Shown piece by piece: positions 9,301-18,224 of a stretch of 64,000 nucleotides of DNA. The notes under the pieces were generated by a model. The model ran no database searches. It saw nothing but the letters and a program-made list of their open reading frames with translations, and was not told the DNA's origin. The position numbers and the translations under genes were made by a program. The stretch comes from Verrucomicrobiales bacterium (lineage in GTDB: Bacteria > Verrucomicrobiota > Verrucomicrobiia > Limisphaerales > JAYPXF01), in assembly GCA_002715965.1 (NCBI GenBank), contig PBAL01000099.1:65749-129748 (forward strand). The letters run 5' to 3'. The first letter of the stretch is position 1. Every line of letters begins with the position of its first letter.

Positions 9301-9919
9301 TGAAGGACTGAAGCTGGTGGGCTTCTGCCTGCTGACCCTGGCATTCACCCGCCTGGCGCTCAATCCAATGGTGCTTGGCTACGAACGAAGCGGCGCGCCG
9401 ATCTTCAACTGGTATCTCTGGGTCTACGGCGCAGCGATTGCCAGCATGATTGGCGCGACCCGGATGCTCGCCCAGCCAAACGATCAACTGCGGGGAACCA
9501 GTGTGCTGCCCTGGTTGTATTCGATGGCGGGCGTGTTGGCTTTCCTGCTGTTGAACATCGAGATCGCCGACTTTTTCACCGGTGAGGGCGCGTTGCGCTA
9601 CAATCCCTCGGGAAGCCTTGGGCAGGACATGTCGTATTCCCTCGGATGGGGCGTTTTCGCGATGTGTCTGATGGGACTGGGTTTCCGGACGGGGGTTCGC
9701 GCCGCGCGCCGGGTGGGAATCGGCCTGTTGTTGATCACGATCTTCAAGTTGTTCTTCCACGATCTACGCGAACTGGAAGGACTTTATCGCGTCGGTTCAC
9801 TGATCGGATTGGCCATCGTGTTGGGAATCGTGTCGTTCTTCTTCCAGAAGATGATTGCCGCCGACAAAGAAGAGAAAAGTGCGGAGGCGAAAGCCGAAGA
9901 TTCGTCACAGAAAGCGTGA
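6395..9919 (+). CDS. DUF2339-family large polytopic membrane protein
   Basis: Start set at ATG 6395 (MMAITEFLGLFF). An N-terminal TM helix and a charged coiled coil (RKLKRDANRLDRRVDELERELRRL) are followed by more than 25 hydrophobic helices, which is the typical DUF2339 layout. Confidence 0.8.
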   Translation: MMAITEFLGLFFLLVLLFIIIAPIVVWVRVNETQEENRKLKRDANRLDRRVDELERELRRLAKAQEQPANTKAVEKPKESTEPIIKPSAVDSMQEIVTRREAEKKPEPKVEAEPKQVIVPPLPKFAKSEPKVSAPAASSTQEKKPVDALKVESPKEEDQPLLARMMKGEDFNWEQFLGVKFFAWVGGLVAFLGVVFAIKYSFEQGWISPTMRVIGGVLTGIGLIVGAFRLPREKYFVTVHSLCASGVLTLYGSVYAAHAFYEVVPDVGIAFMLMAVVSATAFILSINLNSHVVAVLGIVGGFLTPVLLSTGEDRTVAFFGYILVLNAGLIAVSLKQRWGYLMALGAAGTAIMQLGWAGEFFSGERTYTAMTIFGLFIAQFLGAFLLARKREQLDKYIEGAALTIPGIAMCFMIWLGGSGPSEIADQAWPICLFLMSVNSVVIFLAWLRPHLSAGVLLGTSASALAQFCWVQRCFEIEHLHMTMVILLVHSAAYLGLAWFTEKKERIADECGWAALIFPALAMFESLLAFTYPLAEVTTRPGVSFGFVFLIDAVLIAVAWLRPQMRSVQVFAGGASFFLLAYWIAEFLNNEMLFWALGFTIVFGVGHTISPVLMERLRPAKSPVWWTHLFPPAALLMTLLPFFKLEQLSWAVWPVVILMDALAMGVAVILGSLVGFMWVFVITFFMAAVWIFRMPAEVGGLMGEFGMLVVVIGFAVIFFGAACAAMRWKIGTLKFDMSAPAKEAGDEWAFSGKLIGELAATSAIMPFLLLIPMVLRLPLENPSWVFLIGTGLCGMLLATTRWLRFEWLALVTLGCVLTLEFVWFVEFDYLKPSWLGFAWHLLFAGMFVAFPLIRCEGRESSPVIWATAALAIPLHFPMLLMTFTGMLPQFPVFGLLPALLSLPLIVVAVRLYRIPESEAHRNANLAWMGGAALFLITLVFPVQFEEQWLTLAWALEGAALTWLFRKVVPHEGLKLVGFCLLTLAFTRLALNPMVLGYERSGAPIFNWYLWVYGAAIASMIGATRMLAQPNDQLRGTSVLPWLYSMAGVLAFLLLNIEIADFFTGEGALRYNPSGSLGQDMSYSLGWGVFAMCLMGLGFRTGVRAARRVGIGLLLITIFKLFFHDLRELEGLYRVGSLIGLAIVLGIVSFFFQKMIAADKEEKSAEAKAEDSSQKA

Positions 9920-9963
9920 CGTGACAGTGGTGTCGCTTGGTAGATCGGCTAGCGTCAGCCGCA

Positions 9964-10532
9964 TCACCCCGTGTGCAGCGGCACGCCTTTGAACAGGGCT
10001 TCGAGGTTGTCGATGATCACGACGACCCCCGTGGCCGCCATAAACAACCATGCGAGACAGGTCGGCAGCAGCGAGGAGATGGGGTGTCGTCGGATGGTCT
10101 TGGCATAGCGGCCCATGTTGAAGCTGAGGTATCCGAGAATAGGCGCCAGCAGGATGAAGGTTGGATAGAAGGGGTAGAGTATCCATTGGCGGAAGGCCAC
10201 CGAGTAACCGCCACGGTTGGTCCAGAACAGGTCCATCTCACCGATCTCATCCAGGAATAGCGTTCCACCGTCGGCCTGCTCCACCAAACCCGCCCGCGAC
10301 TTCACCGCACCGGTAAACACACCCTTTTCGGCGCCGAACAATTCGGCTTCCAGAAGGTCACGCGGAATTGCAGCGCAGTTGATCGCAACGAACGGGCCTT
10401 GCCCGTGCGCAGTATGCATGGCACTGGCGATACGTTCTTTCCCCGCACCGGATTCGCCCGTGACCAGCACTGCAACATAAGCCGTTCAATCGCCTGCCGC
10501 AGAGCGAGCATCGGTCCGGAGATGCCGACCAT
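9964..10532 (-). pseudogene. Chimeric relic: frameshifted fragment of a sigma-54-dependent AAA+ activator fused to the C-terminus of an unrelated membrane protein
   Basis: One frame reads [18 protein letters not shown]. After a frame change the sequence reads [19 protein letters not shown]...[10 protein letters not shown]...[12 protein letters not shown]...[12 protein letters not shown] (Walker A and Walker B of NtrC-type activators). The reading frame then runs straight into hydrophobic unrelated sequence ([36 protein letters not shown]...). The rest of the AAA+ domain and the HTH are absent. Confidence 0.6.
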
Positions 10533-11057
10533 GGAATCGCCACCAATCGTTTGTGCTGCGCTGCAGAGTTGAAGCTACATTCCTTGGGATTTGCCTGCGC
10601 GTTCTATCGCGCCGGACCAATGTGCCATTGAGTCTTTCACATCCAGCACATCGTAAACTCGGTGCTCATCCTGCGACCCGCCACGATGAACTTCCGATTG
10701 GCCTGTGCCAGACGCACGCGCATCGCCCAAGCCCAGATGAATCGAGATCCTTCGTTCCTTCTCCGCACGCGATCCGCACGCATCAACCGATTTCCCTCCA
10801 ACCAAGCAAACAGCAAAACAAAGATAGAATCATGTCCAACAGAGGAATTAGAGACAACGCAATGAACGCCCGAGACGAATCGTCCTTGCTCGGTGTGCAT
10901 CAGAAAGTTGACGACGCCCCCGGCATTGAATGCCGAGGATGTGGCTGCTCCGACTGTCTGTGGTTTGGCACCGAAGAAGCCCGCTTCAGCCACATTCGAG
11001 CCCGCGAAATCGTGGCCCGCTTTCGTGGTACGGATGCCCAGACCGCGTGAGCGGACG

Positions 11058-12011
11058 TCACTTTGATTCCAGGCCGGCGAACTGCATGCCCAAGCGAATC
11101 CAGATCGGGATGGTGATGAACGCAATGATCGAGGTGGACATCACCACCCGCAGGGCCGTGGGCGGATGAGCCTGGAAATACTTCGCGGCAAGGATCGTGA
11201 AGATTGCCGATGGCATGGCAGCCTGCAGGACAACGACCTGTTTCAACTCAAGGCTCATGGGCAGGTAGCGGGCGACTAGCAGGAAACCCACAGGGAGAAT
11301 CAACAATCGGACCACGCAGGCCGTCGCCATCACCTGCGCTCCCCCACTCATCCGGAATTCCTTCAGCAGGTCGCCGACCATCGCCCCCGACAGGATCAGT
11401 CCCATTGGAATCGCGCATGCCCCGATCATGCGCGCGGTTCGGATGAACAGCTCGGGAACTGATTCCGCCAGACCCGCGAGATTCAGAAAGACCGTGAACA
11501 CGATCGCGAAGATCGGTGGCCGCAATAGTTTCTTCCAGATCGGTTGATCGCGTTGCGCGAAGATGATTGCGCCCATCACCCAGAACGCAAAATCCACTCC
11601 GACGTTGTAAACCACAAGTGTCGCAGCCGTGGCATCCCCGAACAGTGAGAGCGCCAGGGGCAGGGGAATGTATCCGTAATTGTACATGCCCGCACTGAAG
11701 CCAAAGGTCTTTCTTTCCAACGGATCTTTCAGTCCGGTGAAAGAAGCCAGTGAGAGTGCAACGAGCATCCCCACGACCACCGTCATGAATCCGATCAGCG
11801 GACCGAGCAGCAGGTTCGAAGGCTCGTTCAGTGCGGGGTTGCCGAGGAGCTTGTCGAAGATGAAGCAGGGGATCAGCAGGTTGACGGTCAGGTCGAGCAG
11901 GCTCTTGTCCGCCTCTTCTGTCAGGCAATTGCTGCGACGCAACGCAACACCGGCCAGAACGGTGAGCAACACCGGCAGCACGGCGAGGAAAACGATGTTG
12001 AACTCCTTCAT
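11058..12011 (-). CDS. AEC (auxin efflux carrier) family transporter
   Basis: 317 aa with about 10 TM helices. The N-terminus (LPVLLTVLAGVALRR...LLIPCFIF) is typical of the family. Confidence 0.9.
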   Translation of the reverse strand: MKEFNIVFLAVLPVLLTVLAGVALRRSNCLTEEADKSLLDLTVNLLIPCFIFDKLLGNPALNEPSNLLLGPLIGFMTVVVGMLVALSLASFTGLKDPLERKTFGFSAGMYNYGYIPLPLALSLFGDATAATLVVYNVGVDFAFWVMGAIIFAQRDQPIWKKLLRPPIFAIVFTVFLNLAGLAESVPELFIRTARMIGACAIPMGLILSGAMVGDLLKEFRMSGGAQVMATACVVRLLILPVGFLLVARYLPMSLELKQVVVLQAAMPSAIFTILAAKYFQAHPPTALRVVMSTSIIAFITIPIWIRLGMQFAGLESK

Positions 12012-12436
12012 CGACCTCTGTGAGTGATACCCGGAGTCGGCTCAGGCACGCCGTCAGGCGGATTGAAATTCGGCGGGTTCAGCACGGCAATCCCCACGAT
12101 GACCACCAGCGCAATTCGGGTGCCCCACATGGAACGGACGGCAAGATTCTCGCTCCGGCAATGATCGGCCCGCAGGTCATCGAGAGATCTTTCCGAGCCC
12201 GTCTTCTGCCGCTCGGCCTTGGTACGCTCCTGTATGTCCTCTTCGGCCTCTTCGTAATCGTCCTTCCACAATTCACCCCGCGTGGCCGCTGTGCCGGTGA
12301 AAGTCGGAACCGGTGCCGGCAGCGCCTCCTCTTCAATGATCGTCGCGTCCTCGTCTTCAATAATCGTCGGCGCAGCAGGCCGATCGCTCGGAGGAGCGTG
12401 CGGTTCGATAATCGTGGGAATGGACGTCTTGGGCAT
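12008..12436 (-). CDS. Hypothetical acidic protein with a C-terminal TM helix
   Basis: 142 aa. Its stop overlaps the start of the AEC gene (ATGA at 12008-12011). It carries short PTIIE/ATIIEE repeats and one TM helix (RIALVVIVGIAVL). Confidence 0.55.
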   Translation of the reverse strand: MPKTSIPTIIEPHAPPSDRPAAPTIIEDEDATIIEEEALPAPVPTFTGTAATRGELWKDDYEEAEEDIQERTKAERQKTGSERSLDDLRADHCRSENLAVRSMWGTRIALVVIVGIAVLNPPNFNPPDGVPEPTPGITHRGR

Positions 12437-12663
12437 GCCTCAACCGGCGCCGATCATCGATTTCCCAGATCCGGCGCGCACCTGATTTCGCGCGAGTGTG
12501 CCGAAGCGAGCCGCAAATTCAAATCATCTCCGAAACAGAACACCAGTGCCTGCGCGGGCAATGGCGCTCGCCCAATCCGCCGGGGCAAACGTTCCACGCG
12601 CATGATCTTCATTCTTGGCGACAACACCTCTTTCCCTTACCACTGGTCTATCCCTCTTGAATC

Positions 12664-14010
12664 ATGAGAACATTGCTTCTTCTTGCCTTCGCACTAGCTT
12701 CATCGGTCGCCATCGGACAAGTCACGGACGGCCAGTTCCCCGTCCAATCCAACCTCCGCGCCGGCGTCGCCAAAGTGGACATCACGCCGAGGAAAGTTGC
12801 CGGCATCGAAACCATCGGTCACCGGCGCGTCGTGGACGGATTGCGAGATCCTCTGCGCGCCGGTGTGCTGCTGTTGGACGACGGTGAAAACAAGGCCGCC
12901 ATTGTCACGATCGACCTGGTCAATGCCTACGATCTCATTGTCAAACTGATCCGCGAGAAGGTTGCGTCAGCCACAGGCGTAGCCGGGCCGAACATCATGG
13001 TCACCGCATCGCACAATCATTCCGGACCGCCCTGCAAGGAGGATTCGCCCTACGTGAGGGAAGTTGCGGAAAAAATCGGGAAAGCCGCTGGTCGTGCGCT
13101 TTCCAAGATGCGCAAGGTAAACGTCGGCTACGGCGAGGACGAAATCAGGTTCAACATCAACCGGCGCAAGGTCATCGATGGGCGCGCGGTGGTCTGGTTG
13201 AACCCCGACGGGCCGAATGATCCACGCGTGAAGGTTTTGCGCTTTGATGACGGACGATCCCTAACGCCCATGGCGGTTCTGATGCATGCGGTCTGTCATC
13301 CCTGTTTCTTTACCTGGGGCGACAAGGGCACCCAGCCCTATGCAAAGGGTTTTCCGAAAATGAGCGCCGACTTTCCCGGTGACGCACAGACCTTTGTTGA
13401 GAAAAACTACGGAAACGAAACCAGCGCTTTGTTCCTCCAGGGATGCGCCGGCGATATCCGTCCGAATCTACCGGGTTTTCCCTATCGCTGTGCGGACGAG
13501 GCGGACATGCAATGGGCTGGCCGCGGTCTTGGCAGTGCCGTGATCCGGACGCTTGCTGACGGAGTGCGTCGCGAGAAACTGCGCACCCGCACAACCTATT
13601 ATCCCATCCGCGTCGCCAGTTCAGTGGTTGCCCTTCCCGGCAAGGAAGCAGATGTGCAGGCAGAACTGATGGCGATGAAGATCGGTCCTTATCTCCTCCT
13701 CAGCATGCCCGGCGAACCGATGGTCGAATTCGGCTTCGCCATCGAGAAGGCGATCGGTCCGCGCGCCATCCCGATCATCGTCGGTTACGCCAACGGAGCA
13801 CTTGGCTACATTGCCACGACGGAATCCTACACCGTTGGCGGCTACGAACCAAAGGCATCACCGCTCGCGCCGGAAGCCGAACCCATCGTCATTCGCGAAC
13901 TTGGCCGCCTCGCCGACCAGGTAATCGGTGATGTCTTCGAATCCTTCTCCAAACACCCGAAGGACGTGAAGAAACGCGAAGCCGAAGAAAAGGCGCGACT
14001 CAAGAAGTAA
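12664..14010 (+). CDS. Exported neutral/alkaline ceramidase-N-terminal-like hydrolase family protein
   Basis: Signal peptide present. AGVAKVDITP...DPLRAGVLLLDDGENKAAIVTIDL...VTASHNHSGP matches the ceramidase-like family as I remember it. Confidence 0.7.
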   Translation: MRTLLLLAFALASSVAIGQVTDGQFPVQSNLRAGVAKVDITPRKVAGIETIGHRRVVDGLRDPLRAGVLLLDDGENKAAIVTIDLVNAYDLIVKLIREKVASATGVAGPNIMVTASHNHSGPPCKEDSPYVREVAEKIGKAAGRALSKMRKVNVGYGEDEIRFNINRRKVIDGRAVVWLNPDGPNDPRVKVLRFDDGRSLTPMAVLMHAVCHPCFFTWGDKGTQPYAKGFPKMSADFPGDAQTFVEKNYGNETSALFLQGCAGDIRPNLPGFPYRCADEADMQWAGRGLGSAVIRTLADGVRREKLRTRTTYYPIRVASSVVALPGKEADVQAELMAMKIGPYLLLSMPGEPMVEFGFAIEKAIGPRAIPIIVGYANGALGYIATTESYTVGGYEPKASPLAPEAEPIVIRELGRLADQVIGDVFESFSKHPKDVKKREAEEKARLKK

Positions 14011-14079
14011 CCGAGAGTGGTCGGCGCTCCATTGCCGGGAACAATCTGCAAAACTCCCAGACCCAGTCGGAATGCTTTC

Positions 14080-16686
14080 ATGGCCCAAGACAATGTCCTA
14101 CGCTTGCGCGTAGTGAAACTTTCTCGTTGGCATTCAATTCTGCTCCTGGTCGCCGGACTGGCTCGTGTGGAATCGGTGACGGCCGAAGGAGTTTCCTACG
14201 AAGAAAGCATCCAGCCGATTCTCGCGGCCCATTGCGTCAAGTGTCACTCGAAGGAAAACCGTGAAGCTCGATTGGACCTGGGTGATCTGGCGGGAATTGT
14301 GAAGGGCGGCAAGTCCGGACCGGTCGTGCGCGCCGGTGCGGTGGGGTCGAGTCGACTGTGGGGAATGATCGCTGCGGACAAGATGCCCAAGGATGCGCCG
14401 CCACTCACTGCCAACGAGAAGGGTTTGATTCGTAGTTGGATCATCACCCAGGCGAAGCAAGATTTCGCCGAGCTCGAACCGAAGCTCGCGGTGAAGGAGG
14501 GACGGGGCGGAGGATCACGCGAACATTGGGCGTTCTTTCCGCCTGAGCGTCCACGACTACCGGTCGGGTCGCGATTCGGGCATCCCATTGACGCCTTCGT
14601 ACACAAACGGTTGGCCGCCGAGGGCTTGCAATTTTCACCCAAGGCCAATCATCGAACCCTGGCGCGTCGGGCGGCTTATGACCTGACCGGCCTGCCGCCG
14701 ACACCAGAGTTGCTTGCTTCCTTCAATTCTGATGATCAACCCGGCGCGTACGAACGCATGATCGATCGGCTGCTAGCGGACCCGGCCTACGGTGAACGTT
14801 GGGGCAGGCATTGGCTGGATGTGGCTGGCTACGCAGATTCAGCCGGTGTGTTGAATGAGGACAAGATCCTTCCGCGGGCCTGGCGCTATCGCGACTACGT
14901 CATCCGTGCGTTCAACCTGGACAAACCCTACGACCTGTTTCTTCGCGAACAGATCGCGGGCGACGAGTTATACGACTACTGGACGGCCGAAGAGACGATG
15001 GATCGGCTGCCCGAACAGGTGATTGAGGGAATTGTTGCCACGGGATTTCTGCGAACCGCGCCGGATTCCAGTCGGCCGGATTTCGCCAAGATCACCAACG
15101 CTGCAGCGCTCTACTATTACCCGACCATTGACGACACCTTGCGCATTGTCGCCTCCTCGACGATGGGGCTGACGCTGCATTGCGCGAAATGTCACGACCA
15201 CATCTTCGATCCGATACCTCAAAAGGACTACTATCGGATGCAGGCGGTATTTATGCCGGCCTACCAGCCGAACAAGTGGATCGCGCAGAACCTTCGTCGG
15301 CTCCCAATGGCTTCGGCCCGGGAGCGACGGCTGGCCGAAGCGACGAACAAGCAGGCGATCGAGATCGAACTCAAGGCCTTGACCGACGAGCGCTACGCCC
15401 TTCGCAACAAGTATCGCGACCTTCGTCTCGAGCGCCTGGTGAAGGAATTTCCCAAGGAACAACAACAGCCCGTGTTGCTTGCGTTCAAGACCCACCACTC
15501 GAAGCGAACGCCCGCACAAGAACAACTGGTCGAGAAACATGTCGAGCTCCTGATGCCTCGCGCCGGCATTCTTGAGAAACATCTCACAAAGGAATACCCG
15601 GAATACGTCGCCGAACTGAAGCGCATTGAAAAGGCCAAGGCCACGGTAAAGAAACGAGCGCCTCGCAATGAATATGTCCGGGCGCTCTACGACCTGCCGG
15701 GGGAGGTGAACACACCCTTCCTACGACGCGGTGACCCGCTGACTCCGGGTCCAGACGTCACGCCGGGTGTATTGGCAGCATTGGCCACTGGAAGCGATTA
15801 TTCTCTGAGCAAGAAACCGCCTCGGAAAAGCAGCGGTCGGCGTCTGGCATTTGCTGAATGGCTGACGCAATCGAAGCATCCACTCACCGCCCGGGTGATG
15901 GTGAACCGCATCTGGATGCACCACTTTGGCGTCGGCCTGGTTGCGACGCCCGAGGACTTCGGACACTCAGGCCGCGAACCCAGCCACCCGGAACTGCTCG
16001 ATTGGCTCGCTTGCGAACTAGTGGACAACAACTGGAGTGTAAAACGGATTCACCGGTTGATCCTGACCTCGCAAACCTACCGGCAGCGATCCGCAGTTGA
16101 CCCCGCGAGCGAGCGGCATCGACGCGCTTTGGAAGCAGATCCCGACAACGACCTGCTGTGGCGTCAGCGGATGCGTCGTCTCGAAGCCGAACAGTTGCGC
16201 GATGGCGTGTTGGCGGTGGCCGGCGAGATCAGCCGAAAAATGTTCGGCGAACCCATCGAAGTCAACCGGCACAAGACAGGAGAGTTTGCGCCCACCAAAA
16301 GAACCGGCCGGCGCTCGATCTATCTGCGCCAACGACGCTCCCAACCCGTATCCATCCTGCGTGCCTTCGATCAACCGGTGATGGAAACAAACTGCACGCA
16401 ACGCGATCGATCGACCGTGGTGCCCCAGGCGCTGACCCTGTTGAACAGCGATTTCATGGCCGTCTCGGCTTCCGCGTTTGCCGATCGCGTGCTTCGCGAA
16501 CGACCCGATGCTCCGGAAGCACGTGCCATGTTGCTGGCCTTCGGTCGTGTTCCAAACGCTGACGAGTTGCGGACTCTGGAGCAGTTCGTCGCCGACCAGA
16601 CTCACCGACGTGATTCCAGGCGGCTGGCGGTTCAGGACCTTTGTCATCTCTTGCTGAGTGCCAATGAATTTGTTTATGTGGATTGA
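14080..16686 (+). CDS. PSCyt/DUF1549/DUF1553 (PSD1) protein
   Basis: Start set at ATG 14080, which gives a signal peptide. A CxxCH motif lies at 14233-14247 (CVKCH) and a second at 15181-15195 (HCAKCHDHIFDPI, the DUF1549 hallmark). The C-terminus (LLSANEFVYVD) is typical of PSD1. Confidence 0.9.
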   Translation: MAQDNVLRLRVVKLSRWHSILLLVAGLARVESVTAEGVSYEESIQPILAAHCVKCHSKENREARLDLGDLAGIVKGGKSGPVVRAGAVGSSRLWGMIAADKMPKDAPPLTANEKGLIRSWIITQAKQDFAELEPKLAVKEGRGGGSREHWAFFPPERPRLPVGSRFGHPIDAFVHKRLAAEGLQFSPKANHRTLARRAAYDLTGLPPTPELLASFNSDDQPGAYERMIDRLLADPAYGERWGRHWLDVAGYADSAGVLNEDKILPRAWRYRDYVIRAFNLDKPYDLFLREQIAGDELYDYWTAEETMDRLPEQVIEGIVATGFLRTAPDSSRPDFAKITNAAALYYYPTIDDTLRIVASSTMGLTLHCAKCHDHIFDPIPQKDYYRMQAVFMPAYQPNKWIAQNLRRLPMASARERRLAEATNKQAIEIELKALTDERYALRNKYRDLRLERLVKEFPKEQQQPVLLAFKTHHSKRTPAQEQLVEKHVELLMPRAGILEKHLTKEYPEYVAELKRIEKAKATVKKRAPRNEYVRALYDLPGEVNTPFLRRGDPLTPGPDVTPGVLAALATGSDYSLSKKPPRKSSGRRLAFAEWLTQSKHPLTARVMVNRIWMHHFGVGLVATPEDFGHSGREPSHPELLDWLACELVDNNWSVKRIHRLILTSQTYRQRSAVDPASERHRRALEADPDNDLLWRQRMRRLEAEQLRDGVLAVAGEISRKMFGEPIEVNRHKTGEFAPTKRTGRRSIYLRQRRSQPVSILRAFDQPVMETNCTQRDRSTVVPQALTLLNSDFMAVSASAFADRVLRERPDAPEARAMLLAFGRVPNADELRTLEQFVADQTHRRDSRRLAVQDLCHLLLSANEFVYVD

Positions 16687-16689
16687 AGC

Positions 16690-18084
16690 ATGAGCCCCGG
16701 CGACATCATGTCCCGACGTGAAGGCCTGATCCGGCTGGGTGGCGGATTTGGCGGACTGGTGCTTGGCTCGATGGTTGGCGCAGCGGACGTCCGGCGTCCG
16801 CTTCATACGCCCAAGGCACGGGCAGTCATTCAGCTGTTCATGCACGGCGGACCCAGCCACATGGACCTGCTGGATCCGAAGCCGATGCTGAACAAATTTC
16901 ACGGCCAGTCACCTCCGGACGAAGTATCGGATGACGAACGACGGACGACTTATCTGCTTGGAACACCGTTCGAGTTTTCCCGCCACGGCCAAAGTGGCGT
17001 GGAGTTTTCCTATCCGATGCGCTGCGTTGCGCAACACGCCGACGACATCGCGGTCATCCGCTCGATGTTCACCGAGCACCGCAATCACGAACAGGCCATC
17101 TGGATGGCCAACACCGGCCTCATTCGTCCGGGCCGCCCGAACATCGGATCATGGGTGGCTTATGCCCTGGGCTCTGAAAACCGCGAGCTCCCGGCCTACG
17201 TGGCCTTGCCAGATCCCAAGGGCCTGCCGGTGGATGGAATCCGCAATTGGTCCAACGGCTGGCTTCCACCGCTGTATCAGGGAACAGCCTTCAGCTCGGA
17301 AGGTATGCCGGTTTTACATCTGCAACCCAATCAGGCCCGTTCGCCCGAGGTTGAAGCTGCGCGAATGGAACTGCTCGGCAAACTGAACGCTGCGCACAAG
17401 AAGGCACGTCCCGGTGAATTGGAACTCGATGCCCGTATCGCCAATTTCGAACTTGCCGCCCGAATGCAACTCTCGGCCACGGACGCGCTCGACCTGTCGC
17501 GTGAATCTGAAGCCACTCAAAAGCTCTACGGCCTCGATGAGGAAAAGACCCGTCCCTATGGCCGGCGTTGCCTGATGGCGCGTCGCCTGATCGAACGCGG
17601 AGTGCGCTTCGTGCAGATCTTCATGCGCGGCCAGCCATGGGACACGCACGCAAAGAACGTGGCAGGAACGCGCAACTGTTGCGCCCAGACAGATCTTCCC
17701 GTCGCCGGCCTGCTCACCGATCTCAAGCAACGCGGCCTCTTCGATTCCACCATCGTGCAATGGGGTGGTGAATTCGGCCGCACGCCGACCGCCGAACAAC
17801 GTCCCGGCAACAAGACCCAGGGCACGGAAGGCCGCGATCATCATCCCTACGGTTTCAGCATCTGGTTGGCAGGGGGCGGGATCAAGGGCGGCCAGACCTA
17901 TGGCGCCACCGATGACTTCGGACATCGCTCCGTCGTCGATCGCGTGCAGATGGCCGATCTCCACGCCACTCTCCTCCACCTGCTAGGACTCAACCACGAA
18001 CGCCTCACTTACCCGCACAACGGCCGCGATGAACGATTGACCGACGTGTATGAAGCGCAGGTGCTGAAACGTCTGTTGGCCTGA
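16690..18084 (+). CDS. DUF1501 (sulfatase-fold) protein, partner of the preceding PSCyt protein
   Basis: Starts 3 nt after the upstream stop. DUF1501 motifs are present (FMHGGPSHMDLLDPKP, GGEFGRTP, GRDHHPYGFS). Confidence 0.9.
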   Translation: MSPGDIMSRREGLIRLGGGFGGLVLGSMVGAADVRRPLHTPKARAVIQLFMHGGPSHMDLLDPKPMLNKFHGQSPPDEVSDDERRTTYLLGTPFEFSRHGQSGVEFSYPMRCVAQHADDIAVIRSMFTEHRNHEQAIWMANTGLIRPGRPNIGSWVAYALGSENRELPAYVALPDPKGLPVDGIRNWSNGWLPPLYQGTAFSSEGMPVLHLQPNQARSPEVEAARMELLGKLNAAHKKARPGELELDARIANFELAARMQLSATDALDLSRESEATQKLYGLDEEKTRPYGRRCLMARRLIERGVRFVQIFMRGQPWDTHAKNVAGTRNCCAQTDLPVAGLLTDLKQRGLFDSTIVQWGGEFGRTPTAEQRPGNKTQGTEGRDHHPYGFSIWLAGGGIKGGQTYGATDDFGHRSVVDRVQMADLHATLLHLLGLNHERLTYPHNGRDERLTDVYEAQVLKRLLA

Positions 18085-18224
18085 GCTTCTTGTTGTGGAG
18101 TGATCTCCAGACCGCGCTTCACTCACCCGGCCGCAGGTCTCAGAATCACCAGGGAGACCAATTGAGTAAACGGGTCAGAAGACCGTCCACAACGAGCTTC
18201 GTCTCACCAGCTTCACCAAATCGA

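Noticed and set aside
10553-11050. 165-aa plus-strand ORF in the degraded region
   Set aside because: No start context, no motifs, and R/C/H-rich shadow-like composition. I treat the region as decayed sequence instead.
16018-16902. 294-aa minus-strand ORF spanning the PSCyt/DUF1501 junction
   Set aside because: It is antisense to two well-supported genes and has shadow-frame composition.
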